From a virus (Duplodnaviria > Caudoviricetes): a stretch of 63,021 bases of DNA. The notes under the pieces are model-generated. The model worked only from the letters and a program-made list of their open reading frames with translations, did not search any database and was not told the origin of the DNA. The position numbers were made by a program, and so were the translations under genes. The DNA lies in IMG/VR virus record IMGVR_UViG_3300037518_000374, positions 1 through 63,021 of that record; one strand, written 5' to 3'. Below are positions 19,211 through 29,062 of the stretch, in pieces. Position 1 is the first letter of the stretch. Each line of letters begins with the position of its first letter.

Positions 19211-19803
19211 CAGTCGATCCTGTCGTCCGGGTCGGTATTGGGTCCGCCAACCGTCCAGCGCGGGTAGTAGTCCCACTCGACACCGAGCAGGTTGGCCTCG
19301 TCGTTACCCATCGTTGAAATCGCGGTGCACTTGACGTAGAAGCCGAAGAATCCGTCCAGCGCGGACTCGTCGAACTTGTCCGCGACGATGATGCCGCGGG
19401 GCGACTTCAGGATGGCGGCCGCGGTCGTCTGGGCCGACGTGATGACATCTGCGGCAATGAGGGTATCGAGCGCCGTCGTGGGCGCGATCAGGGCCTCGTT
19501 TTCGTCGGCCTGATCATACTTCACCTCCCACGTGATCGAATCGTTGGCGGAGGCGGCCGTCAGCGCCACATACACCACCCGAACGCCGATGGGCTGATGA
19601 ATGTCCCAGTACGACGGGAACGACATCACGTGCTGAATCTGGTCGTTCGCCGAAACCGGCATCCCCATGTAGCCAAGGGTGCTCATCTCCACGATCGCGC
19701 CCGTGCTGGCGGCCGACACGAGGGTTTCGAGGATGCCGTTGAACTGCGTAACGTTGATGAATTCGCGCTGACGCACCCACTCGATGTTTTGGTCCCGGAT
19801 CAT
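19210..19803 (-). CDS. hypothetical structural protein (possible capsid decoration)
   Basis: MIRDQNIEW start with AAGGGG RBS; directly after the major capsid gene. Confidence 0.6.
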   Translation of the reverse strand: MIRDQNIEWVRQREFINVTQFNGILETLVSAASTGAIVEMSTLGYMGMPVSANDQIQHVMSFPSYWDIHQPIGVRVVYVALTAASANDSITWEVKYDQADENEALIAPTTALDTLIAADVITSAQTTAAAILKSPRGIIVADKFDESALDGFFGFYVKCTAISTMGNDEANLLGVEWDYYPRWTVGGPNTDPDDRID

Positions 19804-19850
19804 AGTTTGCCCCCTTTCAAGGGATACTGGGGACTCCACTCACGTCACGA

Positions 19851-21104
19851 TCACACGAGGTTGTGCGTCGCGCTGTCTTCCTTGATGTCCTTGATGACGC
19901 AGTGGGTATTGCATCGCTGTGCACAAAGCTGCGTCATGGTGTAGAGCAGCGCCTGGAACTGGTGAACGTCCTCCACGTGCCGCAGGATGCCGCCGTCCCG
20001 GTCCTCGAAGCTCACGTCCTTCAGCTCGGCGATGAACAGGTCGTCGGTGTTGAGCCAGAACAAGTGGCCCGGGGGCGCGTCCTTGTCCGACACGATCGGG
20101 ACGCCGCAGAACTCCAGGGCGCCGAAACCGCCGTCCAGCTTGGTGAACTGGGCCGGGTATCGCTTGTCTGCGATAATCATGACGCCGTATTCGAGCACGA
20201 CCGCATCCGTCGCGATCCCGAGCTTGGTCCCGGGCCGACGGTCCTGCCGCTCCATGGCGTTCAGGCCCTGCTTCATGAGCCGGGTCGTGAGCGGCTTGGC
20301 CGTCCCGCTGTTGTGAATCACGATCGCCTTCCAGAAACGCTTCCCGGATGCGGTGCGGTCGATCCCACCAAAGTTGTTCGCCTTGGGATTGGTGGTGGCG
20401 ACGATGGCCTGCAGACCGAACATGTCGCTGGCCCGAATCGCCGTACCGGAGCCGCGACGATGGAAGAACGACAGGTTGGCCGACGCGGTGACGCTCGCCT
20501 CCAGCGTCACCTGCGTTCCGGAGTCGATAGAAACAATGGTGTTGTCCTCGCCGGTGTCGGCATCGCCGCCCGTCACGGTTTCGGCGATCACGATCGGCGC
20601 GCCCGTGCGCAAGAACCGCGTGTCGTCCACGATCACGACGGCGGTTCCGTTCGTCTGGGCGTTGATCGTACAGAGCGACCCGTTTGAGTCGCCCATCCAC
20701 TGGCGGTTGATCTCCTGGCCGAGCGCATCGCGAGCACCGCCCATCTCCAGGTCCATGATGTCCATCAGTGCGCCCTCGGGCGCGTGGGCCGTCCTTTCGA
20801 GCGAGATGGCGCTGAACGCGATCCGGTGCGCCACCTCCTTAACGTCGAAGCTGGCCTGATCGTAGCCCTGCTTCGATCGGGGCGGCAGCGCATCGGTCTG
20901 GCCGGCGTCCACCGTGTGGGTTATGCCGAAGTCGGTCCGGATTGTCTTGTACACCTTGTCGCCGACGAACATCTTCTTGTCGGCCCGCTTGAGGCGGTCC
21001 ATCAGGATGGTGTCGGTGGAGATTTGGGCCTTGATGGCCGGAAGATACTCTCGCTTCAGTACGGCCGCTGCCGCATCGGTGCTGCTTCCTGGAAAGGTTG
21101 GCAT
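19851..21104 (-). CDS. major capsid protein
   Basis: 417 aa after the scaffold; LKREYLP N-terminus, MFGLQAIV, GGIDR, GFGALEFCGVPIVSDKDAP motifs; AAGGAG RBS. Confidence 0.85.
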   Translation of the reverse strand: MPTFPGSSTDAAAAVLKREYLPAIKAQISTDTILMDRLKRADKKMFVGDKVYKTIRTDFGITHTVDAGQTDALPPRSKQGYDQASFDVKEVAHRIAFSAISLERTAHAPEGALMDIMDLEMGGARDALGQEINRQWMGDSNGSLCTINAQTNGTAVVIVDDTRFLRTGAPIVIAETVTGGDADTGEDNTIVSIDSGTQVTLEASVTASANLSFFHRRGSGTAIRASDMFGLQAIVATTNPKANNFGGIDRTASGKRFWKAIVIHNSGTAKPLTTRLMKQGLNAMERQDRRPGTKLGIATDAVVLEYGVMIIADKRYPAQFTKLDGGFGALEFCGVPIVSDKDAPPGHLFWLNTDDLFIAELKDVSFEDRDGGILRHVEDVHQFQALLYTMTQLCAQRCNTHCVIKDIKEDSATHNLV

Positions 21105-21161
21105 GATCTACTCCTTTTCGTATCGTCCGCCATCCGTGGGGGACCAATGGGTGCCGTTGCG

Positions 21162-22010
21162 TCACGGCGCGGCGGCGCCGCTAAGAATCTCGTCGAACAG
21201 ACGGTTGGCCCGCTTCTTCACTGCACCGCTGCTCATCTCGCCCGCAAGTTTTCGCTGCTCTTCCTTCGTCATGGTCTTGTTGTTGGATGGGGGCGACATG
21301 ACGGCCGCGCCGCCCGGACCCTCGGGTGCCGTTTCGGCAACCCTCTTCTTGTCCTTCAGGTATCCGGCGTACTTCTCCGTCATGCGCTGTCCGATTTCGC
21401 GGGCCGCTGCCTTGTAGGCGTCGTCGTCGCTGATATGCCGACCATCCTCGCGGCGCTGGATCAGAATCCGCTTCGCCCGATCTTCGATCAACTCAAGCGT
21501 CAGGTCGTCCGCACCCTTGGCGTAGGTGCCGGCCAAACGCTTGATAGTGTTTTCGTATCGCTTCTGGCGCTGACGGCTCTCCTCCTGTTCGACGCGGGCC
21601 TTCCGATCGTCGTCCAGCTCGGCGAGATGCTTTTCGAGCTTGGTGGTCTTTTCTCGCAGTGTGCGCAATTCGCGGACGTGGGGGTCATCTTCGAGGTCGT
21701 CTTCGATCTTGGCTTCGTCCTTCGGTTCGTCCCGCACGTCCTCCACCTTTCTTTCGCTCTCGGCCCTTGCTTTCGACAGTCCGTAGTTGATCCATGCGGC
21801 CGCCTCGTCGTTGGACAGGCGGAACACCCGACCACTTCCGTCCGTGGCGTGGACCACGATGCCCTCTTCTTTCGTTGCGGAGGGGGTCGCGTCGTCCGCT
21901 TCGGACGCGCCATCGCCGCCCAGCGCCTCGTCCGTTTCGGAAGACCCTTCGCCGTTCGGCTCTTCCGTCGATTCCTGACGATCTTCCGAAAGCTCCTCGT
22001 CTGCCGGCAT
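21162..22010 (-). CDS. capsid scaffolding protein
   Basis: Acidic N-terminus and coiled coil; between portal and capsid genes. Confidence 0.7.
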   Translation of the reverse strand: MPADEELSEDRQESTEEPNGEGSSETDEALGGDGASEADDATPSATKEEGIVVHATDGSGRVFRLSNDEAAAWINYGLSKARAESERKVEDVRDEPKDEAKIEDDLEDDPHVRELRTLREKTTKLEKHLAELDDDRKARVEQEESRQRQKRYENTIKRLAGTYAKGADDLTLELIEDRAKRILIQRREDGRHISDDDAYKAAAREIGQRMTEKYAGYLKDKKRVAETAPEGPGGAAVMSPPSNNKTMTKEEQRKLAGEMSSGAVKKRANRLFDEILSGAAAP

Positions 22011-22142
22011 CTGCGATCTCCTGCGTTGGTACTGGAGTTGTGCCGCGGCCAGTGCGCCGCCTGCGCGCAACTCTACCGTACGGATCGAGTGGATCGAACA
22101 GGAAAATGGACAAACGGGTGGATTGGGCGTCCAGAATCTGGA

Positions 22143-24284
22143 CTATACCGAAACTGGCTGATTGACCTGCGGAAGTTCGGGGGGCAGGCCGGGCGACTCC
22201 GCCGCGTCCTGCTCCATGATCTCGCGCAGCTCCGCGTTCAGGATGTGGGGGGCGGTCTGCTGCGCCATCTGGAGCAGGAGTTGCATCCGCATCGCCTCGT
22301 TGCTCATGAGGAAATAGTGGCGGTTCAGGTGAATCTGGACCAGCTTCTGGGCCTCGGGCGCAAGCGAATCGTACTCCGGAGAGTTGATCCAGCGAAGGTG
22401 GCACGCGAGGTGGGTTTCATGGTTGTGCCACTTCTGGGGATCGATGCGCTGGCCGGACGCCATGAGGCGCTGCTCCTTGAACGCCATCGACTTGTGGATT
22501 CGGCCGCCCTCGAACACGGGATCGGACGTGCCGATCCCGAACATGCGAAGGATCAACTCGCGATCCTGCTGCGGATTCAATACCTGCCGCTCCAGAAGGC
22601 TGTCCACGACGGTCCGCTGGCCCTCCGGGCTGAGCGGGAGCTGGCTATCCACGTCCACAATGACGCGGAAGTAGTCCACCGCCATTTCGCCTTGCCGGCC
22701 GCCCACAAGATCGGATCCGATGAACCCCCCCACCCCCTTCAGTACCATCACCTCGCGCTCGTAGTCGTCGCTCGTCATCTGGATCAGCCGGCGTTCAGTG
22801 CAGAACTGATTCAGCATCGACAAAACCTGTCCGCCGAGCCTGCTGATCGCGACATTGCGCAACTTGATTGGCGTCATGTAGCGGGCATCGTCCTGGGCCT
22901 GAAGGGCCAGGATGCCGCGACCGGTCCGGACGCCCTGCGGCGCCTGGCCCGCCGTTACCTCGTGGATGTCCGACAGGTCCTGCATCGCCTGAAGAAGCGA
23001 TCCCTCCATGTTCTGAAGGTATGACGGCATCGGCGGCGGGACCAGATAGTCCGGCTTGTGGGGCGGCATGTAGCGAATCCGTTCGCCAAATGCTGTTGTG
23101 AACGAGTCGTCGTCGATGCCCGACACCATCGGGTCCAGAAGCTTTGGGTAGACATGGAGCATCATGTACTCCATCTCGTTCGATCGGATGTCGTTCAGCC
23201 GGCTCTGCGTCTCCATGAGCTGCTGGACTTTGCATCCGCCCAGAATGCTGAACGGCTGGTACAGGCCCTGAATGACCGAGATCGGAATCTGGCCGTGCTG
23301 ATAGGGGTTGGGTTGGTGCTGCAACACCTTCTGCTGACACCACGTCGCGTGGATGCCGGCGGGTCGGGATCGCCCCCCCGGCCGGACCCACAACTCCTCC
23401 ACGGCGTAGAGATCGTCGTAAATCGCGCCCTCGTCGTACATGCCGCCGCCCGCCAGCCGGGCGATCTGGGAGTGGAACGACAGGTCGCCCATATCGACGC
23501 CCGGCTGAAGGTCCCGCACCGCCTTGCGGCCGTACCGCTCCTCCAGCTCGTCAAGCGTCCTGAATCGCCGCACCAAGGCCCAGTTCGCCTTCTCGATCGT
23601 CTTGGCCGTCGGATCGATGAAGACATCGAATATCGTCTTGACCTCCACCGACACGTCGCCAATCGGGACCATCTCTGAATCGGCCGCTTCCTGGCCGACA
23701 ATGCGGCGGTACAGGTCGATCGACTCCTGGTCGATCTCGCCGGCGAACCGGTTCAGGAAGTCATCCTGCCGCACGGTCAGGCGCGGACCGGCCGTCGGGT
23801 CCCAGCACGACACCATGAATGCCGTTCCGGTCGTCTCGGCCCACCAGTGGGCTTCGTTCATGATCTGGTCCATCCCCAGGACGTTTCGCCAGTAGTGGCG
23901 CAGAACGAGCGTCCCGAGGTCCGCGACCGACTCGTCCTCCTCGTCCGGCGTGGCGGGCATAACCCTCCAGATCGGCTCCCGCGACATCATCTTGGCGATC
24001 CGGCCCTCCACCATCGGGAGCAGCCGGTTCTCTTTGGCATGAACCCGCCACCAGGCCGACTCCTCCGAGCTTGCACGGTCTACCAGCATCGTGCTGGCGC
24101 GGTCGAAGTCGTAGTCCTGGTACCCCAGTGTCCAGCAGATTTGCAGAAATGCCTGGCGCTGGACATCGCCCAGGAACCGCTTGCGTTGGCTTGACCAGTA
24201 GTCAATGAAGGCCGCAATCGAATCCTTGTCGTTGACCTTAACGCCGTTCAGGCGGCCACTCGATTCTGTTTCATATCCGGCCAT
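22143..24284 (-). CDS. portal protein (P22-like)
   Basis: 713 aa; ENRLLP, DVFIDP, HEVTAGQAPQGVRTGRGILALQ motifs of podovirus portals. Confidence 0.85.
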   Translation of the reverse strand: MAGYETESSGRLNGVKVNDKDSIAAFIDYWSSQRKRFLGDVQRQAFLQICWTLGYQDYDFDRASTMLVDRASSEESAWWRVHAKENRLLPMVEGRIAKMMSREPIWRVMPATPDEEDESVADLGTLVLRHYWRNVLGMDQIMNEAHWWAETTGTAFMVSCWDPTAGPRLTVRQDDFLNRFAGEIDQESIDLYRRIVGQEAADSEMVPIGDVSVEVKTIFDVFIDPTAKTIEKANWALVRRFRTLDELEERYGRKAVRDLQPGVDMGDLSFHSQIARLAGGGMYDEGAIYDDLYAVEELWVRPGGRSRPAGIHATWCQQKVLQHQPNPYQHGQIPISVIQGLYQPFSILGGCKVQQLMETQSRLNDIRSNEMEYMMLHVYPKLLDPMVSGIDDDSFTTAFGERIRYMPPHKPDYLVPPPMPSYLQNMEGSLLQAMQDLSDIHEVTAGQAPQGVRTGRGILALQAQDDARYMTPIKLRNVAISRLGGQVLSMLNQFCTERRLIQMTSDDYEREVMVLKGVGGFIGSDLVGGRQGEMAVDYFRVIVDVDSQLPLSPEGQRTVVDSLLERQVLNPQQDRELILRMFGIGTSDPVFEGGRIHKSMAFKEQRLMASGQRIDPQKWHNHETHLACHLRWINSPEYDSLAPEAQKLVQIHLNRHYFLMSNEAMRMQLLLQMAQQTAPHILNAELREIMEQDAAESPGLPPELPQVNQPVSV

Positions 24285-24332
24285 CGCACAGTCCTCCGAA
24301 TCCGTTCAGAAGTCTGCCCATTCTACCAGATT

Positions 24333-24779
24333 CTATCCTGACCCGCCCGCACCACGACCAAAATCCTTCTCGATCTGCTTCCGTTTCGCCAGCGCCGCCT
24401 CCTCTCGCGGTGTGCGGAGCGGGGCGCTGGGCGATATGGGCGGCAGATCGACCAGCCCGACCGACGCCATTGCCTTGCTGACGTTCTTGGGCGATATGTT
24501 CGCCCCCATCAGCAGGGCGGTGGCGCGCCAGTAACGGCCGTGGGCGAACTTCAGCTCCTCCTCCAGGATGGAGGCCGAGGCCGTCATGGCCTTACCGAGC
24601 GTTCCGAGCCCGGACTGGTATTCCTGGTTGCACTCGTGCATGGCCTTTGTGGTCTGGCTCAACTGATCGCTGGCCCGACGCCAGACGACGCACAGAGCCC
24701 CCAGCCCAGCCGCGAACCCAAGCAGCAGGGCCGCACTCAACAGAACGACGAAACTGTACGGATGAATCTCCAGCATCAC
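24333..24779 (-). CDS. membrane-anchored hypothetical protein
   Basis: N-terminal TM helix; coupled to the upstream stop. Confidence 0.55.
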   Translation of the reverse strand: MMLEIHPYSFVVLLSAALLLGFAAGLGALCVVWRRASDQLSQTTKAMHECNQEYQSGLGTLGKAMTASASILEEELKFAHGRYWRATALLMGANISPKNVSKAMASVGLVDLPPISPSAPLRTPREEAALAKRKQIEKDFGRGAGGSG

Positions 24780-25681
24780 GTCACTCCAGCATGAACAGCC
24801 TTCTTGTCGCGTCCGCCGCGCTTCAACTCACGATTCAATGACCGCAGATGGTCCTCCACCGTCCGGCCGTGCGGTCCGAAGTGCGCCAGCTTGACGCCAC
24901 AATCCACGTAGCTCCTGAACCCCGCCGCGCGAGCCCGAAGACCGAAGTCCACATCCTCGCCGCACAACACGCCGCCGTCCCACACACCACGGCCGGTCAG
25001 GAAGCTCTCCATGAACAGGTCGATCAGCGAATCCACCACGCCCTTGCCGTCGGCCGTCGCGCCGTCATCGCCGAACAGCCGAACCGCCCGGTCCACCTGC
25101 TGGCGAATGTGGTCCTGGAGGTCCCGGTCCCACCCGAATCTTTCCTGGCGACCCTGCCGGAACCAGAGCGACGCCGCCTCTCCGCCCAGCGCCTCGCACG
25201 GTATGACCATCCGTTCCAGAACGTCGCGCCTGATCAGGATACAGCCCGTGCCGGTCCACCTCCGCTCCACGATGCCGGGCTCGTCTTTCTCCATTTCGGC
25301 ATAGACCGCCTCGAACCCGTCCTCAGATTCGCACGCCGGATTGAACGGCGGGTCATACTTCGTCACCAGCGCCGACACAATCGGAACGTTGTGCGCTGCC
25401 ATGCGCTGGATGTGGCGGGGCCGCAACCCCATCACGTCCGAATCGACCATCAGCAGGTGTGTAAGTTCGGGATGGTGCTGAAACGATCGGGCACAGATCA
25501 GGTTCCGGGCATTCATGATCAGGCAACTCGACACGACGTTCATGTAGAGGTGGGCGGGCCAGTCGGACTCGTAATAATCCGCCCACAGGTGCGACCAGTC
25601 GATCAAAAACTCGACCGTCACCTGATCCCAAACCATCGTAGAGACCACGATATGCAGCTCGTCATCCTTGACTCGAAACAC
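24776..25681 (-). CDS. GT-A fold glycosyltransferase
   Basis: ARNLI, THLLMVDSD (DxD), GTGCILIRRDVLE, GEDVDF motifs; GGAGG RBS before GTG at 25681. Confidence 0.75.
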   Translation of the reverse strand: MFRVKDDELHIVVSTMVWDQVTVEFLIDWSHLWADYYESDWPAHLYMNVVSSCLIMNARNLICARSFQHHPELTHLLMVDSDVMGLRPRHIQRMAAHNVPIVSALVTKYDPPFNPACESEDGFEAVYAEMEKDEPGIVERRWTGTGCILIRRDVLERMVIPCEALGGEAASLWFRQGRQERFGWDRDLQDHIRQQVDRAVRLFGDDGATADGKGVVDSLIDLFMESFLTGRGVWDGGVLCGEDVDFGLRARAAGFRSYVDCGVKLAHFGPHGRTVEDHLRSLNRELKRGGRDKKAVHAGVT

Positions 25682-26962
25682 TCGCGACCTCCTTGTGCGA
25701 CTCCGGCGACATTCGGTCCACCTGGCACGGATCGAGCGCCAGCGAACCCTCCTCCATGCCGAGATCGCGGGCCTCCAGTGCCCGCATCTCGTCCGGACCG
25801 TAGCGCAACACGTACTGAACGTCCGGCCCCTCGCATATCTTTCGGGCCGCGCAGGACTGGCAGGGCGGGCAACGGGGCTGTCGCTCCCGCGCGATTGCAT
25901 CACAGAGCCGCTGTCGCTCGCGGCGCGCGTTCTGCCAGAACTCCTGTTCCTCGAACCATCCGCGCTCCACGCTGCTCCAGGGGTTCTTCAGTACACAGTC
26001 TGTCGTGGCCTCGAATGCCCACTCAAACGGATCGTACTGAATTCGGTGGTGCATCTCGCAGTTTCGGCCGAACCCGTACGATTGGGCGACACAGGGGGGG
26101 AAGTAACGGACGTTGCATTCCCAGCCGGCCGCCTCCACGATCCGAACCGCCTCGGCAATGAACGGCGCACAGTCCGTAAACGTCATCTGGAACTCACGGT
26201 CCTGAATAGCGTGCTGGTGGTACGGCATGAACTGGATCATGTTGTACACCACCGGCGGATAGCGGTCCACCAGGAATCGCGCGACATCCGGAAGCTCCCG
26301 AAACGTCTGCTCCACCACCGTACTGTTCCACCGGATGGGCCGACTCATGTGTTTGGAGCCGTCGATCAGGTGCTGGAACCCATCCTCCTTCTCCTTGCCA
26401 CCGTGCAGCACGACCAGCCGCCGGTTGCCCTCGCCGAGTTTCTGGCCGTCCAGCGTCCCCATGCCGTGGATGCTCAACTCGAACGTATCGACGCCGCAAT
26501 CCTCGAGCGCCCCGACCATCGCCTCGGTATAGTTCTGCCCGTGGCTGATAATGCTGGGCGCGAGACCGATGTTGGCGCAGTGCCGGACCAGATACTCCAG
26601 ATGCTCGTTCCGGCCATCAGGAAGACGGTGCTTCAGGCCGCGCTTCGTCAGGGCGGGGTCGCAGTAGATGGTCGGCTCACCGCCCGTGATGTCGGTAGCG
26701 TTCAGTCCGTAGTAGTGGCGGTACTTGTTTGCTCGACACAGCAGGCTCTCGGCGTCGTAAAACACCAGATCGGGCTGGTCGGCATAAAAACAATGCGGTC
26801 AGGTTGACCGCGGGGCGCCGTCGAGGGGTACTACGCCCACAACGGCGCCCAGCGGCAACTCCTATCACATGGGCCGCCATGTTTGCCGGCGAACATCCAA
26901 GAGCTTCTGGTGGGCGAACCGTGGGGACGAAACATTGGTCGCAGCGGTATTGCATCGCTCAT
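25662..26962 (-). CDS. radical SAM protein, interrupted by a 56-nt hairpin within its CxxxCxxC motif
   Basis: Upstream ORF 26962-26831 ends ...CDRSC; the downstream frame resumes PHCFY... and contains ITGGEP and a C-terminal CxxC..C cluster. Confidence 0.75.
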
Positions 26963-27048
26963 GCCACTCTCCTATAATAAACGGACCGATCAGGGGTTCG
27001 TGCCCCTGTCGGCCCTAACCTCAACGGACCTGACAAGGAGGTCTCGTC

Positions 27049-27753
27049 ATGGCTTCGACTAAGACTACCACAACCGAAAAATGGAAACCAGTCATCGGAT
27101 ACGAAGGCTGGTATGAAGTCTCCAGCCGAGGCCACGTCAAACGTATTCGTGGGGGAAGTGGTTCCAGGGCTGGCCAGAAACTTGCGGTCAGATTGAGCCG
27201 GCATGGTTATCCAAGGGCTAGCCTTTCTCGAAAAAACAAAGTTAAGGATGTCAAGGTTCACCATCTTGTTCTTGAGGCGTTCGTTGGCCCCATGCCACAG
27301 GGGAAGGTCTGCAATCACAAGGACGGAAACAAGCAGAACAACCACGTGGACAATCTCGAATGGGTAACACCGGCCGAAAACATTCGTCACGCAAACGATA
27401 TCCTCATGGTTCAGCACGGAGAGAGGAACTCGCGGGCCGTCTTCACAGAGAACGACGTCGTTGAAATCAGGTCTCTCGCCAGACAAGGGCTTACGTCCCG
27501 TGCGATTTCCGCGCGGTTCGGAGCAAGGAATCGACAAATAAGAAAGATCGTCAGCGGAGAACAATGGCCGCACATCCCTGGCGCAACAGGAAAAAGGCCA
27601 ATCACAAAAAAGCTTACCGAAAGCCTTGTTCGTCAAATACGACAGGCGATTTCTGATGGTGAGACCCATTGCTCAGTTTCCACGCGATTCGGAATCGCCA
27701 CGGCCACGGTTAGCCAGATCAGAAACCTGAAAACATGGCGACACATCGTGTAG
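27049..27753 (+). mobile_element. free-standing NUMOD4-HNH homing endonuclease, antisense to the operon
   Basis: EKWKPVIGYEGWYEVSS (NUMOD4), CNHKDGNKQNNHVDNLEW (HNH), C-terminal HTH repeats; lower GC; AAGGAGG RBS. Confidence 0.9.
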
Positions 27754-27760
27754 CGCCCGG

Positions 27761-27796
27761 TCACGGCCGGAACATCGGCCTTGTGTTGGTCGTCAT
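27761..27796 (-). pseudogene. orphaned N-terminus of the radical SAM gene (MTTNTRPMFRP*)
   Basis: ATGA-coupled to the upstream gene; shares RPMFRP with the radical SAM N-terminus on the other side of the HNH. Confidence 0.55.
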
Positions 27797-28032
27797 TTGT
27801 GAAACCTTCCCTTGTGAGCAGTTGGCCCCTTGTGTTCCGGCGTCTTGTCCGCCGCCGGGACCCGCGCCGGCGCCTCGGTCCGATGACCTCTGCCGCTATC
27901 CTGCTGGACGAGGATTCCCAGCAACGTCGAGACCACGCCCTCCAGGTGCGCGATACGAGAGCCCGGGTCGGAGGCACCGGACTTGACGGCCTGGGACTGA
28001 AGCTCCTTCAGCGATTCCAAGTAATCGTTCAT
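27793..28032 (-). CDS. hypothetical protein
   Basis: 79 aa, AAGGA RBS. Confidence 0.6.
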   Translation of the reverse strand: MNDYLESLKELQSQAVKSGASDPGSRIAHLEGVVSTLLGILVQQDSGRGHRTEAPARVPAADKTPEHKGPTAHKGRFHK

Positions 28033-28093
28033 GATTAGTTTCCTTTCTTGAGATGACTGGCCAGTGCGTATCCGGCCCTGTTTTTCTTCGGAC

Positions 28094-28309
28094 TCATGTC
28101 GGCAACACGATCACGCGGCCGCTGTCGTTCGGTTCGAGTCGTTCGCAGATGTCCTCGATACGCTTGCACATGTCGCGAGCCTGTGCGGGCCTCAGCGAAA
28201 CTGTCAGCTTCGCACCTCCGCCCGCGATACCCAGCACCACCTTCCCCCTGTCCTTGTCCACCCCGACCAGTAGGCGGCGCGCATCAAACTCGGGCGGGAC
28301 ATTGATCAT
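28094..28309 (-). CDS. hypothetical protein
   Basis: 71 aa, ATGA-coupled. Confidence 0.55.
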   Translation of the reverse strand: MINVPPEFDARRLLVGVDKDRGKVVLGIAGGGAKLTVSLRPAQARDMCKRIEDICERLEPNDSGRVIVLPT

Positions 28310-29031
28310 ATCGAACCCCCCGACACTTCCGGCTCACGCCCGTACACAAGAGACAATATCTGGTTGATTCGATTCCATATTTCGGCGTCCATCAGGGGCC
28401 AGTGGTGCATTGTCTTCTCTTTCGGCATCTTGCTCCAGTCGCGACCCTTCACTTTCGTTGGGAACCCGTCGTTGTCGGCCTCGCGGTCCAACCGTTCCGC
28501 CACCACCATCCTTTTGTCATGATCGTTCATTTCCTCGATCCGTACCAGCATCGAGTTCCTGTCCCGAAGGCAGAACTGCAGGCCGAGCCAATTGATCGTC
28601 GCGTAGTACCAGCAGCACCACTCCCATCGGTTATCGATATCCGGAAGTCCGAAGTCTTCCGGGCCAAGCGTATCGCGGATAGCCGCCCCCACCATGTCGC
28701 GACTGTCGTGATCGTGGATGGCAAGCGAGCGAACGCAATCGAACGGGCTGCGTATCAGCCACACGATCCGAGCCTCTGGCCATGCGGCCCTGGCGGCATC
28801 GAGGCACCAGCCCATGTAGTGTTCGACGATGTACTTTTCCGTAATCGACCCGGATGCCTTGCGAAGCGCCTCCACGAGCAGAGAATGGTTTTGGCGCGCG
28901 TACTGCTGAAGTATGGTCTTGGTCTCACAGCCCATAACGGCCGCATGGGCGCCGCCAGGGTCGGCACTGAGCCATTGGCGGAACGAGTTCGTTCCACAGT
29001 GTCCCGTACCCGACACGATGGCCCTGACCAT
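28306..29031 (-). CDS. sulfotransferase-like protein
   Basis: SGTGHCGT 5'-PSB-like loop and ARIVWLIRSPFDCVRS 3'-PB-like motif. Confidence 0.65.
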   Translation of the reverse strand: MVRAIVSGTGHCGTNSFRQWLSADPGGAHAAVMGCETKTILQQYARQNHSLLVEALRKASGSITEKYIVEHYMGWCLDAARAAWPEARIVWLIRSPFDCVRSLAIHDHDSRDMVGAAIRDTLGPEDFGLPDIDNRWEWCCWYYATINWLGLQFCLRDRNSMLVRIEEMNDHDKRMVVAERLDREADNDGFPTKVKGRDWSKMPKEKTMHHWPLMDAEIWNRINQILSLVYGREPEVSGGSI

Positions 29032-29062
29032 CAGACTTGCTCCCGCCGCGACCCCACGGCGC

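Noticed and set aside
20784-23024. 746-aa and other long plus-strand ORFs opposite structural genes
   Set aside because: Antisense shadows of high-GC genes with no recognisable motifs.
26799-26801. Selenocysteine UGA in the radical SAM gene
   Set aside because: The TGA is not in frame with the upstream start, so read-through alone cannot restore the protein.
26963-27760. Group I intron around the antisense HNH
   Set aside because: Under 100 nt flank the ORF and no P3-P7 core is recognisable; a new RBS and ATG exist downstream.
28347-28357. 11-nt match (CAAGAGACAAT) to the reverse complement of the spacer 17 3' end
   Set aside because: Short and PAM-distal; compatible with chance in 63 kb.
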